Notes: generated by a model not told the origin, from the sequence alone. Counted from the stretch's first letter, positions 8,368-18,138 are shown. The stretch is 64,000 bases of DNA from Acidimicrobiia bacterium (GCA_031422675.1 JANPMG010000172.1:324-64323), one strand, 5' to 3'. Program-made: numbers and translations.

Positions 8368-10530
8368 ATGAGCGAGAAGCGCACGACCTTCTGTCGGGTG
8401 TGCCATGCGGCATGCCCGATCGAGGTCGAGGTCGAGGCGGGCCGGCGGGTGCTTGCCGTCACTGCCGATCGCAACGACCCGTTGTTCGGGGGCTACACCT
8501 GCATCAAGGGTCGCCAGTTGGCGGATCAGCACCACCATCCGGACCGGATCCGGTCTTCGCTGCGCCGGACGGAACAGGGATTCGAGCCCATTGCTTCGGC
8601 AACTGCTCTCGACGAGATCGCCGCGACGATCGACGGCATCGTCGCGCGCCACGGACCCCGCGCCGTCGCCAGCTACACCGGCACCGGCGCATTCCAGAAC
8701 TCGATCTCGGTGCCGGTCACCGCGGCCTGGCACGCCGGCTTCGGGTCACCGTCGTTCTACACCTCGATCACGATCGACCAGCCCGCGCACCGCGCGGCCG
8801 CGCTGCGGATGGGCACGTGGGAGGCGGGCTGGGACAATTTCACCGATGCCGACGTCTCGCTCGCGGTTGGTTACAACCCGCTCGTCTCGAGCTACGCCCC
8901 GGCAGGAGGCTTGCAGGGCACCAACCCGTTCGTCGCGTTGCGTCGGGCACGCGAACGCGGCCTGAAACTCATCGTGATCGATCCGCGCCGAACCGAGCTC
9001 GCGAGCGCAGCCGATCTTTGGCTCCAGGTTCAGCCCGGGGAGGATCCCACGCTGCTCGCGGGGATCATCCGCCACATCCTCGCGAACGACCTTCATGACC
9101 AGACCTTCTGTGCTCGCCACGTCGAGGGGGTCGACGCGCTCGCCGGCGCGGTCGAGGAGTTCACGCCCGAGTACGCGGCAACTCGGGCACGGGTCGACGC
9201 CGCCGATGTCATCCGCGCCGCCGAGTTGTTCGCGGCCGGCCCGAGGGGTGCCGCCGGGACCGGTACCGGGCCGAACATGGCACCGCATTCAATGCTGACC
9301 GAGCACCTGACGTTGGCGTTGAACGTGCTCTGCGGACGGGTCAGGCAACCCGGTGATCGCCTGGAGAGCGGCAACTTCCTGGTCCCGGGCGACGCCCGCC
9401 GCGCGCGGGTGGTGGCACCGGGTGACCCGACGCCGGGCGCCCCCCACCGCATGGGTGGATTGGCGGGGATGTCCGGCGAAATGCTCACCAACCGGCTGGC
9501 TGACGAAATTCTCGAGCCCGGCGAGGGACAGGTTCGGGCACTGATCGTCTCCGGGGGCAACCCCGTTGTCGCCTTCCCCGACCAGTCCAGGACCGAGGCC
9601 GCGCTCGACGCGCTCGAGCTGTTGGTCGTCATCGACCCGCGGATGACGCCCACCGCGCAGCGCGCGCATTACGTGATCGGTCCGCGCCTCGAGCTGGAGC
9701 GGGCCGACGTTCCCCACATCATGGACAGTCGGTTCCCCGCGCCGTACACCAACTACACGCCGGCGGTGATCGACACCGACGACGACCTGCTGGCCGAGTG
9801 GGAGGTGTTCGCCGGGATCGCGGCGCGCAACGGCACGGAGATCGAGTTGCCGGGCGGGCACATCCCACACACCGATGGCGCGCTCTCGCCGGACCTCGAC
9901 GACGACGCGATCCTCGATCTCGTCTACGCGCAGTCGCGAGTCCCGATGGCCGAGCTGCGCAATCACCGGGGCGTGATCTACGAGGATCGTCGAGTCGTGG
10001 TGACGGAAGCCGACGTCTCCAACGATCCTGGCGACGATGCAAGGTTCGCGATCGCGCCCGCCGACGTCGTTGCCGAGCTGGCCGAGGTCCGCCGAGAATC
10101 GAGTGGTGCCGACGTGCTCGCCGGGTACGTCGCGGATCGCTTCCCGTTCCGTCTCGTCAGTCGTCGCATGAAGCATGTCGTGAACTCGCTCGGACGCGAG
10201 CTGCCGGTCCTGGGCGCGGTCGGTTCGACCAACCCGGCGTACCTTCACCCCACCGACCTCGAGCGACTGGGGGTCGGTGACGGTGAACTCGTGCTGATCG
10301 CATCGCCCTACGGCGCGATCACTGGTGTCGCGGCAGCCGCCGAGGACGTGAAGCCCGGTGTGGTGTCGATGTCACATTCCTGGGGCGGCTCGTCGGACGA
10401 GGACGACGTGCGTGGCCAGGGCGTGCCGACGAACCGATTGGTCTCGGCCCAGGATGGGTTCGATCCGATCACCGGGATGGCAGTCCAGAGCGCAATCCCG
10501 GTGCGGGTGAGTGCGGCAGGAGAGCCGTGA
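8368..10530 (+). CDS. molybdopterin-dependent oxidoreductase (Mo/W bis-MGD family)
   Basis: 720 aa. N-terminal Fe-S Cys cluster CRVCHAACPIE...YTCIKG. The C-terminal molybdopterin dinucleotide-binding-like region ends in ITGMAVQSAIPVRV. Confidence 0.9.
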   Translation: MSEKRTTFCRVCHAACPIEVEVEAGRRVLAVTADRNDPLFGGYTCIKGRQLADQHHHPDRIRSSLRRTEQGFEPIASATALDEIAATIDGIVARHGPRAVASYTGTGAFQNSISVPVTAAWHAGFGSPSFYTSITIDQPAHRAAALRMGTWEAGWDNFTDADVSLAVGYNPLVSSYAPAGGLQGTNPFVALRRARERGLKLIVIDPRRTELASAADLWLQVQPGEDPTLLAGIIRHILANDLHDQTFCARHVEGVDALAGAVEEFTPEYAATRARVDAADVIRAAELFAAGPRGAAGTGTGPNMAPHSMLTEHLTLALNVLCGRVRQPGDRLESGNFLVPGDARRARVVAPGDPTPGAPHRMGGLAGMSGEMLTNRLADEILEPGEGQVRALIVSGGNPVVAFPDQSRTEAALDALELLVVIDPRMTPTAQRAHYVIGPRLELERADVPHIMDSRFPAPYTNYTPAVIDTDDDLLAEWEVFAGIAARNGTEIELPGGHIPHTDGALSPDLDDDAILDLVYAQSRVPMAELRNHRGVIYEDRRVVVTEADVSNDPGDDARFAIAPADVVAELAEVRRESSGADVLAGYVADRFPFRLVSRRMKHVVNSLGRELPVLGAVGSTNPAYLHPTDLERLGVGDGELVLIASPYGAITGVAAAAEDVKPGVVSMSHSWGGSSDEDDVRGQGVPTNRLVSAQDGFDPITGMAVQSAIPVRVSAAGEP

Positions 10531-10540
10531 TGCGAGCCAG

Positions 10541-11599
10541 ATGTGTGAGTCGAACGGGGGTGGGGGCGTGCACGCGGCGTTGATTACCGGTGCCGGCCTG
10601 CTCGAAGTGCGGGACTTCCCGGACCCGATCCCCGCGACGGCGGGCGTCGTGGTCGACGTCGCGTACTGCGGTGTGTGCGGCACCGACGTCCATGCCTACG
10701 CGTCCGGCCGCGCCTACACGCCCGCGATCTGTGGGCATGAGTGGACCGGCACGATCTCTGCGGCCGGCCCATCGGTCACGCGGCTCGCCGAGGGTGACCG
10801 GGTGGTCGTGGGCGTTCCCGCGCCGTGCGGAACGTGTCCCGCCTGCTTGGCGGGCCAGACCGGTCAGTGCACCACCTGTTCGGCGTTCGCGCACGGTCGT
10901 GATCCCGGGGCGCCGCCCCACGGTGGGTTCGCGCCCCGAATTGCCGTGAGCGTCGATCGCGTGCTCGCGGCCCATCCCGACCTCGATGACGAGACGCTGG
11001 CGCAGGTCGAGCCGGTCACGGTGTCGCTGCACGCGGTCAACCGGAGTGGGCTGCGCGCGGGCGACACCGCGGTCGTGCTCGGTGCCGGTCCCGTCGGCAT
11101 CACCACCATGCAATGCGCCGCGGCCGCCGGGGCCGGGCCCATCCTGGTGATCGAGCCGAGCGACACTCGCCGGGCGTTGGCGCGCGCGCTCGGCGCTAAC
11201 GCCGTTGCAACGCCGGAGGCCGCGGCCGACCTGGTGAGTGAACAGACGGGTGGTCTGGGAGCAGATGTCGTCTACGAGTGTGTCGGCGGTGGCGACGCAC
11301 TCGGGGCCGCGGTCGACCTCGCGCGTCGGGGTGGCTCGGTGTGCATGATCGGATTGGGGGACACCAGCGTGTCGATTGATCCGGCCACCTGGCTGCGCAA
11401 GGAGATCACGGTCACCGCGGCCCTCGGCTACCTGCATCACGAGTTCGCGTCCGCGATGGAAATGCTCGCCGACGGCCGGGTGCGAGTCGATGCACTCCAC
11501 ACGTCGACCACGAACATCGAGGGGCTGGCCGCGGTGCTCGATGAACTTGCGAGCGGACGGTCGACCCAAATGAAAGTCCTCGTGAACCCCCGATGGTAG
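10541..11599 (+). CDS. zinc-dependent alcohol dehydrogenase family (MDR) protein
   Basis: CGVCGTDVHAY, GHEWTG and the structural-zinc motif CGTCPACLAGQTGQC, plus a GAGPVG Rossmann motif. The start is ATG at 10541, or the in-frame GTG at 10568. Confidence 0.85.
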   Translation: MCESNGGGGVHAALITGAGLLEVRDFPDPIPATAGVVVDVAYCGVCGTDVHAYASGRAYTPAICGHEWTGTISAAGPSVTRLAEGDRVVVGVPAPCGTCPACLAGQTGQCTTCSAFAHGRDPGAPPHGGFAPRIAVSVDRVLAAHPDLDDETLAQVEPVTVSLHAVNRSGLRAGDTAVVLGAGPVGITTMQCAAAAGAGPILVIEPSDTRRALARALGANAVATPEAAADLVSEQTGGLGADVVYECVGGGDALGAAVDLARRGGSVCMIGLGDTSVSIDPATWLRKEITVTAALGYLHHEFASAMEMLADGRVRVDALHTSTTNIEGLAAVLDELASGRSTQMKVLVNPRW

Positions 11600-11607
11600 G
11601 AGTTCGT

Positions 11608-12060
11608 ATGTCGACCCAAGTTCCGATCACCGACGGCCTGTTCACCGGGCCGAGAGACGCCCCCAAACTCCTCGCGAGCCGGTGCACGGAGTGCGGCAAT
11701 CACATGTTCCCGGTCCAGCACGGCTGCCCGCGGTGTGGCAGCGCGTCGACCGAGACCGTCGAGCTGGGGCGGCGCGGCACGCTGTGGACTTGGACGGTGC
11801 AGTCCTACCCGCCGAAGGCCCCGCCCTTCGCAGGCAACGCAGATCCCGAAACCTTCGAGCCCTACGGAGTTGGCTACGTCGACATCGACGGCCAACTCCT
11901 CGTTGAGGCGCGCCTCACGGTCTCGGACCCGGAGTCCCTCGAGATCGGTATGGAACTCGAGCTGGTGCTCGATCCGCTGTTCGTCAACGACGACGGCGAC
12001 CAGGTGGTCACGTTTGCTTTCGCCCCTGTCGGCACGCGGTCGGAATCGAGCACCACATGA
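11608..12060 (+). CDS. Zn-ribbon/OB-fold protein (DUF35 family)
   Basis: CTECGNHMFPVQHGCPRCGS zinc ribbon followed by an OB-fold-like segment. GGTAGGAG lies upstream of the ATG at 11608. ATGA overlap with the next gene. Confidence 0.85.
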   Translation: MSTQVPITDGLFTGPRDAPKLLASRCTECGNHMFPVQHGCPRCGSASTETVELGRRGTLWTWTVQSYPPKAPPFAGNADPETFEPYGVGYVDIDGQLLVEARLTVSDPESLEIGMELELVLDPLFVNDDGDQVVTFAFAPVGTRSESSTT

Positions 12061-13205
12061 CGGACGACGTCGCCATCGTGGGCATCGGCATCCACGAGTT
12101 CGGACGCCACGAGGGAATCGAGGGGGTCGACCAGGGCGTCATCGCGGTTCGTCGCGCGCTCGCAGACTCGGGACTGGCGTGGAGCGACATCCAGTTCGCG
12201 TTCGGAGGCAGCCAAGAAGCCGGGTCGGCCGACACGATGGTCTCCAAACTCGGACTCACCGGGTTGCAGTTCATCAACGTCGCGAACGGATGCGCGACCG
12301 GCGGATCGGCGCTGTTCTCGGCGTACAACTCGATCAAGTCCGGCGCGTTCGACGTCGGCATGGCCGTGGGGTTCGACAAACATGAACGCGGCGCGTTCCG
12401 CGTCGACCTCAAGGCGAACGGCCTCGAAGAGTGGTACGGCGCGTCCGGCCTCGCGCTGACCACCCAGTTCTTCGGGATGAAACTCAACCGTTACATGCAC
12501 GACTACGGCATCACCGCGGCCACGTTGGCGCGGGTGGCCAACAAGGCGTCGCGCAACGGAGCGCGGAGCCCGATGGCATGGCGACGCAAGGAGCTGAGCG
12601 TGGAAGAGATCAGCGAATCGCCGATGGTCTCCTACCCGCTGACTCAGTACATGTTCTGTTCGCCGGCCGAGGGGGGCGTTGCGCTGGTGCTCTGCCGCGG
12701 TGACCGGGCGCGCGAGTTCACCGAGACGCCGATCTACCTGAAGGCGGCGGCGGTTCGCTCCCGCCGCTTCGGCTCCTTCGAGGTCATGGCGCCCCACCTC
12801 GCCGCGCAACGGGGCGACGGGCCGACGGTAGACGCGGCGAAGGCGGCATTCGAGATCGCCGGTATCGGGCCCGAGGACATCGATCTCGCGCAGCTCCAGG
12901 ACACCGAGGTCGGGGCCGAGATCATGCACATGGCCGAGAACGGCTTCTGTGAGCACGGCGAGCAGGAGGAGATGATCGCGAGGGGAGAGACCGAGATCCA
13001 TGGCCGCTTTCCGGTCAACACGGACGGCGGATGCTTGGCCAACGGCGAACCGGTCGGCGCGACCGGACTCCGCCAGGTCTATGAGAATGTGGTGCAGCTC
13101 CGCGGCGACGCCGGTGTGCGCCAGGTTCCCGGTGACCCCCGAGTGGCCTACACCCATGTGTACGGATCCCCGGGGATCTCGGCCGTCACGATCCTGAACC
13201 GTTGA
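12057..13205 (+). CDS. thiolase-like/SCP-x-type lipid-transfer protein
   Basis: 382 aa with a NGCATGGSAL active-site-like block. Pairing with DUF35 is typical of this family. Confidence 0.85.
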   Translation: MTDDVAIVGIGIHEFGRHEGIEGVDQGVIAVRRALADSGLAWSDIQFAFGGSQEAGSADTMVSKLGLTGLQFINVANGCATGGSALFSAYNSIKSGAFDVGMAVGFDKHERGAFRVDLKANGLEEWYGASGLALTTQFFGMKLNRYMHDYGITAATLARVANKASRNGARSPMAWRRKELSVEEISESPMVSYPLTQYMFCSPAEGGVALVLCRGDRAREFTETPIYLKAAAVRSRRFGSFEVMAPHLAAQRGDGPTVDAAKAAFEIAGIGPEDIDLAQLQDTEVGAEIMHMAENGFCEHGEQEEMIARGETEIHGRFPVNTDGGCLANGEPVGATGLRQVYENVVQLRGDAGVRQVPGDPRVAYTHVYGSPGISAVTILNR

Positions 13206-13909
13206 TGGCCCGCGTCCGTACCGTCGACCTCGGCAGTTCCTTCCTCGTGCAGCTGGACGGGGTGTGTGAGGTCCTGCTCGTGCGTCACGGCGAACAGGAA
13301 CTGGCCACCACCATGGCCGTGGCCGACGCGTTCGACGCCCCGTTGTCCGAGCTGGGTCGCCGGCAGGCCGCCGCGGTGGGCGAACGGCTGCGCGGTGTGG
13401 GTGTCAACGCCGTCTATTCCTCGACGCGGTCCCGTGCTCGCGACACGGCCCACGCCATCGCTGCGCCCCAGGGTCTCGTGGTCACCGAGATCGACGATCT
13501 TGGCGAGATCCACCTGTGGCGCGACCTGCCCCAGGACCAGAGCCTGCTCGATTCACTCGACCGCGACGAGTTGCGTCGGATCATGAAGGAGGGGAACCGC
13601 ACCCAACGATGGGATTCCTATCCTTACGCAGAACCGCGCGATGAGTTCCGCGCTCGCGTCGTCGGGGCGATCGACGCGATCATGGTGCACCACGTCGGCG
13701 AGCGAGTGGTGGTGGCATGTCACAGCGGGGTCATCAACGGCTACATCGCTCACGCCCTCGCGTCATCCCTCGACACCCCATGCACGCTGCATCACACCTC
13801 GATCACCACGGTGCGCTCCATGGACGACCTGCGGCGCGTCGTCCAGGTGAACGACCACGCGCACGTGCGCACGTTCCAGACCGAACTCAACCCGATCAAC
13901 GCGCTGTAG
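13205..13909 (+). CDS. histidine phosphatase (phosphoglycerate mutase-like) family protein
   Basis: LLVRHGE RHG motif. The ATG at 13205 shares one base with the upstream TGA. Confidence 0.8.
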   Translation: MARVRTVDLGSSFLVQLDGVCEVLLVRHGEQELATTMAVADAFDAPLSELGRRQAAAVGERLRGVGVNAVYSSTRSRARDTAHAIAAPQGLVVTEIDDLGEIHLWRDLPQDQSLLDSLDRDELRRIMKEGNRTQRWDSYPYAEPRDEFRARVVGAIDAIMVHHVGERVVVACHSGVINGYIAHALASSLDTPCTLHHTSITTVRSMDDLRRVVQVNDHAHVRTFQTELNPINAL

Positions 13910-13912
13910 TCC

Positions 13913-15439
13913 GTGCCCCCGTTCTCGGCTGACCTCGCCCGCCGACGACCGCACGAGCCCGCGCTCGTCGACGGCGCGCGCACCCTCGGCTGGGCGGAGA
14001 TCGATTCCACCCTGAACCGGGTGGCGAATCGAATCCTCGATGCGGACCTCGGCCACTTGGGGCGGGTCGCAGTGTTCGCCGAGAACTCGGCCGAGACCGC
14101 GCTCGCGCATCTGGGTTGCCTGCTGGGTGGGGTGTCCACCGTTCCGGTCAACTTTCATCTGACCGCGGCCGAGACCGCCTACATCCTCTCCGATTCCGGG
14201 ACCTCGATCCTCTTCGTCGATTTGGAGACCGCCGGTCGTGGGCTCGAGGCGGCGCGGATCGCGGGGGTCGAGACAGTCATTGGCTGGGGTGGGTGCCGGA
14301 GTGGAGACATCGTCGGCTGGGACGCCTGGCTCGCTGGTGGCGCCGACCGGAATCCACCGGGGTCGGTGCGCCCGCGGCCGAACTTGCTCTACACGTCGGG
14401 CACGACCGGCCGCCCAAAGGGCACCGAGCTGCCGCCGACGATGTTCGCGAGCGGCGACACGATGGACGAGCACCTCGAGGCCCTCACTCATGCACGCTTC
14501 GCGGACTTCGGGCCGCACCTGGTGGTCGGACCGATGTACCACACCGGTCCACTGTCGGGGATGCGCATCCTCGTGGCGGGGACACCGTCGGTCATCCTCG
14601 GTCGCTTCGATGCCGAAGCCACTCTCGCCGCAATCGACCGCCACCGCACCCGCAGCGCGGTGATGGTTCCCACCCACTTCGTGCGGTTACTGGGCCTGGC
14701 TCACGAGGTGCGGGACCGTTATGACGTTTCGTCGATGGAGTACGTCGCCCACACCGGCGCCAAGTGTCCCGATGAGGTCAAACGGGCGATGATCGACTGG
14801 TGGGGGCCAGTCTTTCTCGAGGCCTACGGCGCCAGCGAGGTCGGGACCACGTGCTCGATCGACAGTGCCGACTGGCTTGCGCATCCCGGTTCGGTCGGCC
14901 GAGCCGACCCGCCGTTCGAGGCGTTGATCGTCGACGAAGCCGGCGCGCTCCTTCCGCCCAACACCGAGGGCCGGCTCTACTTTCGCGACGCGACCGGACG
15001 CGGCATCGTGTACCACAACGATGCGGAGAAGTCGGCGGACGCGCACCTCGAGCCTGGTGTGTTCACGCTCGGCGAGATGGGCCGTATCGACGACGACGGG
15101 TTCGTCTACATCACCGACCGGTTCTCGGACATGGTGGTCTCGGGCGGAGTGAACCTCTACCCCGCAGAGGTCGAGAACTTCCTGATCGAGCACCCGGCGG
15201 TGGATGACGTGGCGTGCATCGGTATCCCGCACCCGGAGATGGGCGAGGAGATGCGCGCTTTGGTGGTTGTGGCCGAGGGCTGTTTGCCGAGTGAAGCGGA
15301 GATTCTCGACTACTGCCGGGAACGTCTGTCGTCGTTCAAGTGTCCGCGCTCGGTCGAGTTCGTCGATGATCTGGGCCGGAGTGCGATGGGCAAGATCAGC
15401 CGCCGGGCGCTGCGGGCCCCGTACTGGCCCGCTCCGTAG
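13913..15439 (+). CDS. AMP-dependent acyl-CoA synthetase/ligase
   Basis: LLYTSGTTGRPKG AMP-binding motif, and GEMGRIDDDGFVYITDR with a C-terminal GKISRRAL. GTG start. Confidence 0.9.
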   Translation: MPPFSADLARRRPHEPALVDGARTLGWAEIDSTLNRVANRILDADLGHLGRVAVFAENSAETALAHLGCLLGGVSTVPVNFHLTAAETAYILSDSGTSILFVDLETAGRGLEAARIAGVETVIGWGGCRSGDIVGWDAWLAGGADRNPPGSVRPRPNLLYTSGTTGRPKGTELPPTMFASGDTMDEHLEALTHARFADFGPHLVVGPMYHTGPLSGMRILVAGTPSVILGRFDAEATLAAIDRHRTRSAVMVPTHFVRLLGLAHEVRDRYDVSSMEYVAHTGAKCPDEVKRAMIDWWGPVFLEAYGASEVGTTCSIDSADWLAHPGSVGRADPPFEALIVDEAGALLPPNTEGRLYFRDATGRGIVYHNDAEKSADAHLEPGVFTLGEMGRIDDDGFVYITDRFSDMVVSGGVNLYPAEVENFLIEHPAVDDVACIGIPHPEMGEEMRALVVVAEGCLPSEAEILDYCRERLSSFKCPRSVEFVDDLGRSAMGKISRRALRAPYWPAP

Positions 15440-15463
15440 GAACGCCTCCGACAACTAGAGTTG

Positions 15464-15838
15464 TCACCGTGGAAATTGTGCCGAGCGCGCGCGAAAGCAT
15501 GGCGTCTCCGATGACGACATCCGACAGTCCCGCCAGTTTGAGGGAACCTGAAGCGACCGATCCGCTTCGGGGATCCATTGGTAGATGAGGCCGACGAAAC
15601 GATCGTCGAGAATATGCTTGAACTCGTGTGCCAGGCCGCTCGCGTGCACTCGCCGCGGTGCGGACCTCGACCATATCGAGTACGAACCCGCCGCGAACAT
15701 CGGCGATCGTCGTCGCCACTGTTGGGTGTGGAACCGACCGAGGCGCACGAACAGGGTCTCATCCAGGCCGAGTGCGGTAACGGTCCCGATCCGGCCCTGG
15801 GTCTTCGCGACGCGTTCCACGACGACATCGCACACCAA
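15464..15838 (-). pseudogene. decayed ISL3-family transposase fragment (frameshifted)
   Basis: One frame reads ALGLDETLFVRLGRFHTQQW. An adjacent frame reads TTIADVRGGFVLDMVEVRTAA. Together they resemble the conserved ISL3 core (GxDE...W..TxxVDxxxGxxLDxxxGR). There is no intact ORF, and I recognised no terminal repeats. Confidence 0.5.
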
Positions 15839-15975
15839 GACCTAGTGCCGTGGCGGGCAACGTTTGCCTCGTTGGTGACGTGACTCCGAGCCGGCGTTCG
15901 GGGACAGTCCTACACCACTGCCGGTCCCGCGGGACAGCCGCGTAGTTGAGCCAGTCTTGCCGTGCAACGTCAGGA

Positions 15976-16617
15976 TCAGCGACGGGGATCCCGGCCGTTC
16001 CAGGCGACGAGGCGGTCGATGGCGAGGGCGCCGACCGGTACGGGGACGGCCTCGGCGAACGGGATGGCGACCTCGTCGAGGCCCACGGCGGCCGAGATCT
16101 CCTCGAAGAGCGCTCGGCGGTTCTCCGCAGGCAGGATCGGGCGCGCCTGAAGCGCCGCGGTGATGACTGTGTCGTCCCAGTGGGGCTGCTGACCGGTCGC
16201 CGTCGCGAGGTCCCACGTGTGGACGGTCAGCTCGGAGAAGTAGGACGTCAGCACTTCCGCGCCGCTCCCCTGGATCCACGGTAGTGCCATGGGTCGTTCG
16301 AGCACGGCATCGTCGCGCCACGCATCTGCGGCGCGCGTGCCCGATGTTGCCCACGCGTCGGACCAGTCGTCGTCGGGCGCTTGGGTCTCCGTCACGGAGA
16401 AGGGATCTTCGTCGTTGCCGAGCGCGGCGATGCGGTCGAGTACGGCGACGAGGTGGCTGAGCATCGCGCGCACGTCCATCTCGGGGCACGGCGTCGGGGC
16501 GATGAGTTGGTCGGACCGGACGCCGGCGATTACCACCCTGCCGGTGGCGATGGCACGGTCGAGGATTGGCCGGGGGTCGATGAAGTGGTGCGTGGTTGAG
16601 CTGGTCGAGGTGGTCAT
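15976..16617 (-). CDS. DinB-superfamily / TIGR03086-like (mycothiol maleylpyruvate isomerase N-terminal domain) protein
   Basis: 213 aa from the ATG at 16617 (MTTSTSSTTHHF...). The MLSHLVAVLDRI and ELTVHTWDLATATGQ blocks are typical of this actinobacterial family. Confidence 0.75.
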   Translation of the reverse strand: MTTSTSSTTHHFIDPRPILDRAIATGRVVIAGVRSDQLIAPTPCPEMDVRAMLSHLVAVLDRIAALGNDEDPFSVTETQAPDDDWSDAWATSGTRAADAWRDDAVLERPMALPWIQGSGAEVLTSYFSELTVHTWDLATATGQQPHWDDTVITAALQARPILPAENRRALFEEISAAVGLDEVAIPFAEAVPVPVGALAIDRLVAWNGRDPRR

Positions 16618-16633
16618 GCTGCCATCGTGCCAG

Positions 16634-16664
16634 ATCAAACCGGTCACGTTATGACCGGTTTGAT
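16634..16664. promoter_or_regulatory. perfect 13-bp inverted repeat (ATCAAACCGGTCA-N5-TGACCGGTTTGAT), candidate operator
   Basis: Read directly from the sequence. It is centred in the 63-bp gap between the divergent DinB-like (16617) and YafY-like (16681) starts. Confidence 0.55.
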
Positions 16665-16680
16665 GTGGAAGTGTCGTCGG

Positions 16681-17628
16681 GTGCGAGCTGACCGTCTGGT
16701 GGCCATCCTCCTGCTGCTCCAACGGCGCGAGCAGGTGACCGCGGCGGAGGTCGCCCAGGAGTTGGAGGTCTCCGAGCGCACCGCGCGCCGCGACCTCGAC
16801 GCGCTGGCTATGGCCGGGGTGCCCGTGTACTCCATGCAGGGCCGAGGAGGCGGGTGGCGCCTGTTGGGCGGCGCTCGCACCGACCTCTCGGGGCTGACCG
16901 CGGGCGAGGCCCGCGCCCTGTTCCTGGTAGCCGGACCGGCCTCGACCGCAACCCCGGCCGTGAAGGCCGCGCTGCGAAAGCTCGTACGCGCCCTGCCCGA
17001 ACCCTTCCGGGCACATGCCGAGGCAGCAGCGACATCAGTGGTCGTAGACCCACGACACTGGGGATCGAGCCAGGTCGAGCACCGACCACCCCGGTTTCTC
17101 GACGAGATCCAAGAGGCAGTGATCCGCGGCGTCCAGGCGCGGCTCGGCTACGTCGACCGCAAGGGCTCCGAGACCGATCGGACCGTCCACCCACTGGGTA
17201 TCGTCGCCAAGGGTCCGACGTGGTACCTGGTCTCCAATACTGACGCCGGTCGACGGACGTTCCGGATCGACCGTGTCTCGTCGGTCGAGTTGACCGACGA
17301 GCTTGCGCAACGACCCGAGGGGTTCGACCTTGCCGAGAGCTGGCGCGAGATCGCCGACGAGGTCGACCGAAAGCGCACACCGCTCGAGAGCCAGGCCGTG
17401 TGCGCTCCCGACGGGATCGGCCTGCTCCGGATGGTCCTCGGAGGCCGCCTCGAAGTTGGTGGGTCCACGCCCGACGGCCGGATCGAGATCGTGATCCGCG
17501 GCCACAACGAGTACGCCCTCGCAGGCGAACTTGCCGGGCTCATCGAATGGCTCGAGATCACCGGCCCGCAGGGGGTGCGCGACCACCTCGCCTCGATCGG
17601 CGGCGCGCTTGTTGCGCGGTACGGCTGA
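16681..17628 (+). CDS. YafY-family (HTH + WYL domain) transcriptional regulator
   Basis: VRADRLVAILLLLQRREQVTAAEVAQELEVSERTARRDLDAL is the canonical YafY N-terminus, and WYLV appears in the WYL region. I place the start at the GTG at 16681. Confidence 0.85.
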   Translation: MRADRLVAILLLLQRREQVTAAEVAQELEVSERTARRDLDALAMAGVPVYSMQGRGGGWRLLGGARTDLSGLTAGEARALFLVAGPASTATPAVKAALRKLVRALPEPFRAHAEAAATSVVVDPRHWGSSQVEHRPPRFLDEIQEAVIRGVQARLGYVDRKGSETDRTVHPLGIVAKGPTWYLVSNTDAGRRTFRIDRVSSVELTDELAQRPEGFDLAESWREIADEVDRKRTPLESQAVCAPDGIGLLRMVLGGRLEVGGSTPDGRIEIVIRGHNEYALAGELAGLIEWLEITGPQGVRDHLASIGGALVARYG

Positions 17629-17859
17629 GCCGGGCGCCACGCGCTCGGCGACCTCGCATGCGCAGAAGACACGCACCGCTCCCAAGACACCGCCGCCTCG
17701 CGCAGACGCGTACGACGAGTCGGACGGCCGCCCGTCGGGCCTCATCGGTATCCCATGACGGGCTAGCTGGCGGAATGGGACACTGCCCGCAATGTGCCGT
17801 TGGAGGACAGCGCGAACGTTGCCTGGCGCGGCACAAGTTATGCGCCACCACCGGATCAC

Positions 17860-17974
17860 CCTGGGAGTCCTCCGCGGCGAGCACCGCACGTTTCACCGTC
17901 TTCGGCGTCGTGCCCCACAACTCGGCAGCAGCTCGATACGAGCCCACATCCCGATACGGAGATTTCATGTCCAT
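17860..17974 (-). pseudogene. orphan transposase-type HTH fragment (IS21/Mu-like N-terminus)
   Basis: MDMKSPYRDVGSYRAAAELWGTTPKTVKRAVLAAE resembles the N-terminal HTH of IS21-type transposases. The downstream reading frame is Arg/Pro junk. Confidence 0.35.
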
Positions 17975-18138
17975 GCGTTCATCACTGATTTCACACGCTT
18001 CTGTGTCCATGGCTGTCGGGCGCCGTCAGCTGTGTTCGCCGACCCCGGTGCTGCCGCGAGGGCGAGACGGACGCGCAGCTACCCCGGAAGTAACCGAGCG
18101 ATTAGTTTCTCGGAACACTTTCGCGGAAGGCAACCACC

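Noticed and set aside
17629-18138. A possible hidden gene or small RNA in the 510-bp gap after the YafY gene. The track ORFs here are 17400..18578(+), 17035..17889(-) and 17558..18010(-).
   Set aside because: Apart from the 35-aa transposase-like HTH fragment, all frames give Arg/Pro-rich low-complexity translations. I could not identify a terminator or a conserved RNA structure by eye. I treat the gap as decayed mobile-element DNA plus the promoter of 18139.
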